Source of the DNA: a virus
IMG/VR virus record: IMGVR_UViG_3300046463_001154
Span: 15,842 to 79,841 of that record
Length of the DNA stretch: 64,000 nt
Direction: 5' to 3' (one strand)
Of the stretch, positions 63,931 to 64,000 are shown in pieces. Below the pieces are notes generated by a model. The model did no database searches. It saw nothing but the letters and a program-made list of their open reading frames with translations, and was not told where the DNA came from. The stretch's first letter is position 1, and each line of letters begins with the position of its first letter. The translations under genes were made by a program, and so were the position numbers.

Positions 63931-64000
63931 ATGAGTGCCGACGCGCCTATCAACGCTACTCAAGTTGGAATCAGCGCCATCAAAGCGGTTGTCGATCGCG
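63931..64000 (+). CDS. 5' end of a divergent gene (gp89-like), cut off by the window edge
   Basis: AAGGA RBS, then MSADAPINATQVGISAIKAVVDR open to the end. Confidence 0.5.
   Translation, partial: MSADAPINATQVGISAIKAVVDR

Noticed and set aside
1-64000. CRISPR array, rRNA, tRNA or bacterial chromosomal housekeeping genes
   Set aside because: No repeat-spacer periodicity or RNA gene signatures; the RNAP genes are split phage-type subunits, not rpoB/rpoC.

Overview
This window is part of a GC-rich, phiKZ-like nucleus-forming jumbo phage genome (Chimalliviridae). Assignments come from motifs and gene order recalled from phiKZ, not from database searches. The core genes follow roughly the phiKZ gp41-gp89 order: a family-B DNA polymerase split over two genes, chimallin (ChmA), non-virion RNA polymerase subunits (two beta', one beta, one sigma-like), an SbcD nuclease, ChmC, the import factor PicA/Imp1, an SF2 helicase, a virion RNAP beta' subunit, an endolysin, and head and baseplate proteins. 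The striking feature lies between the helicase and the gp76/77-like genes: an apparently complete low-copy plasmid replicon of Burkholderiaceae type. It is a parA-parB-rep operon with a candidate antisense copy-control RNA, a candidate origin palindrome inside rep, and a candidate parS. Next to it are a LexA-boxed imuA operon, a small ATP-dependent ligase, a K+-channel-like protein and an H-NS silencer. Elsewhere are moron-like genes (two lipoproteins and a RelE-like/membrane protein pair). The simplest reading, which is inference, is a temperate nucleus-forming jumbo phage kept as a plasmid prophage; to my knowledge this family is described as lytic. Other signals include a recurring early-promoter motif (YATATSAC-N5-YGAM), a TATGCCGTC motif tied to terminator hairpins, a hairpin-rich non-coding region of about 780 nt upstream of chmA, and small paralogous ORF families. 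I saw no tRNA, rRNA, CRISPR array, integrase or transposase.
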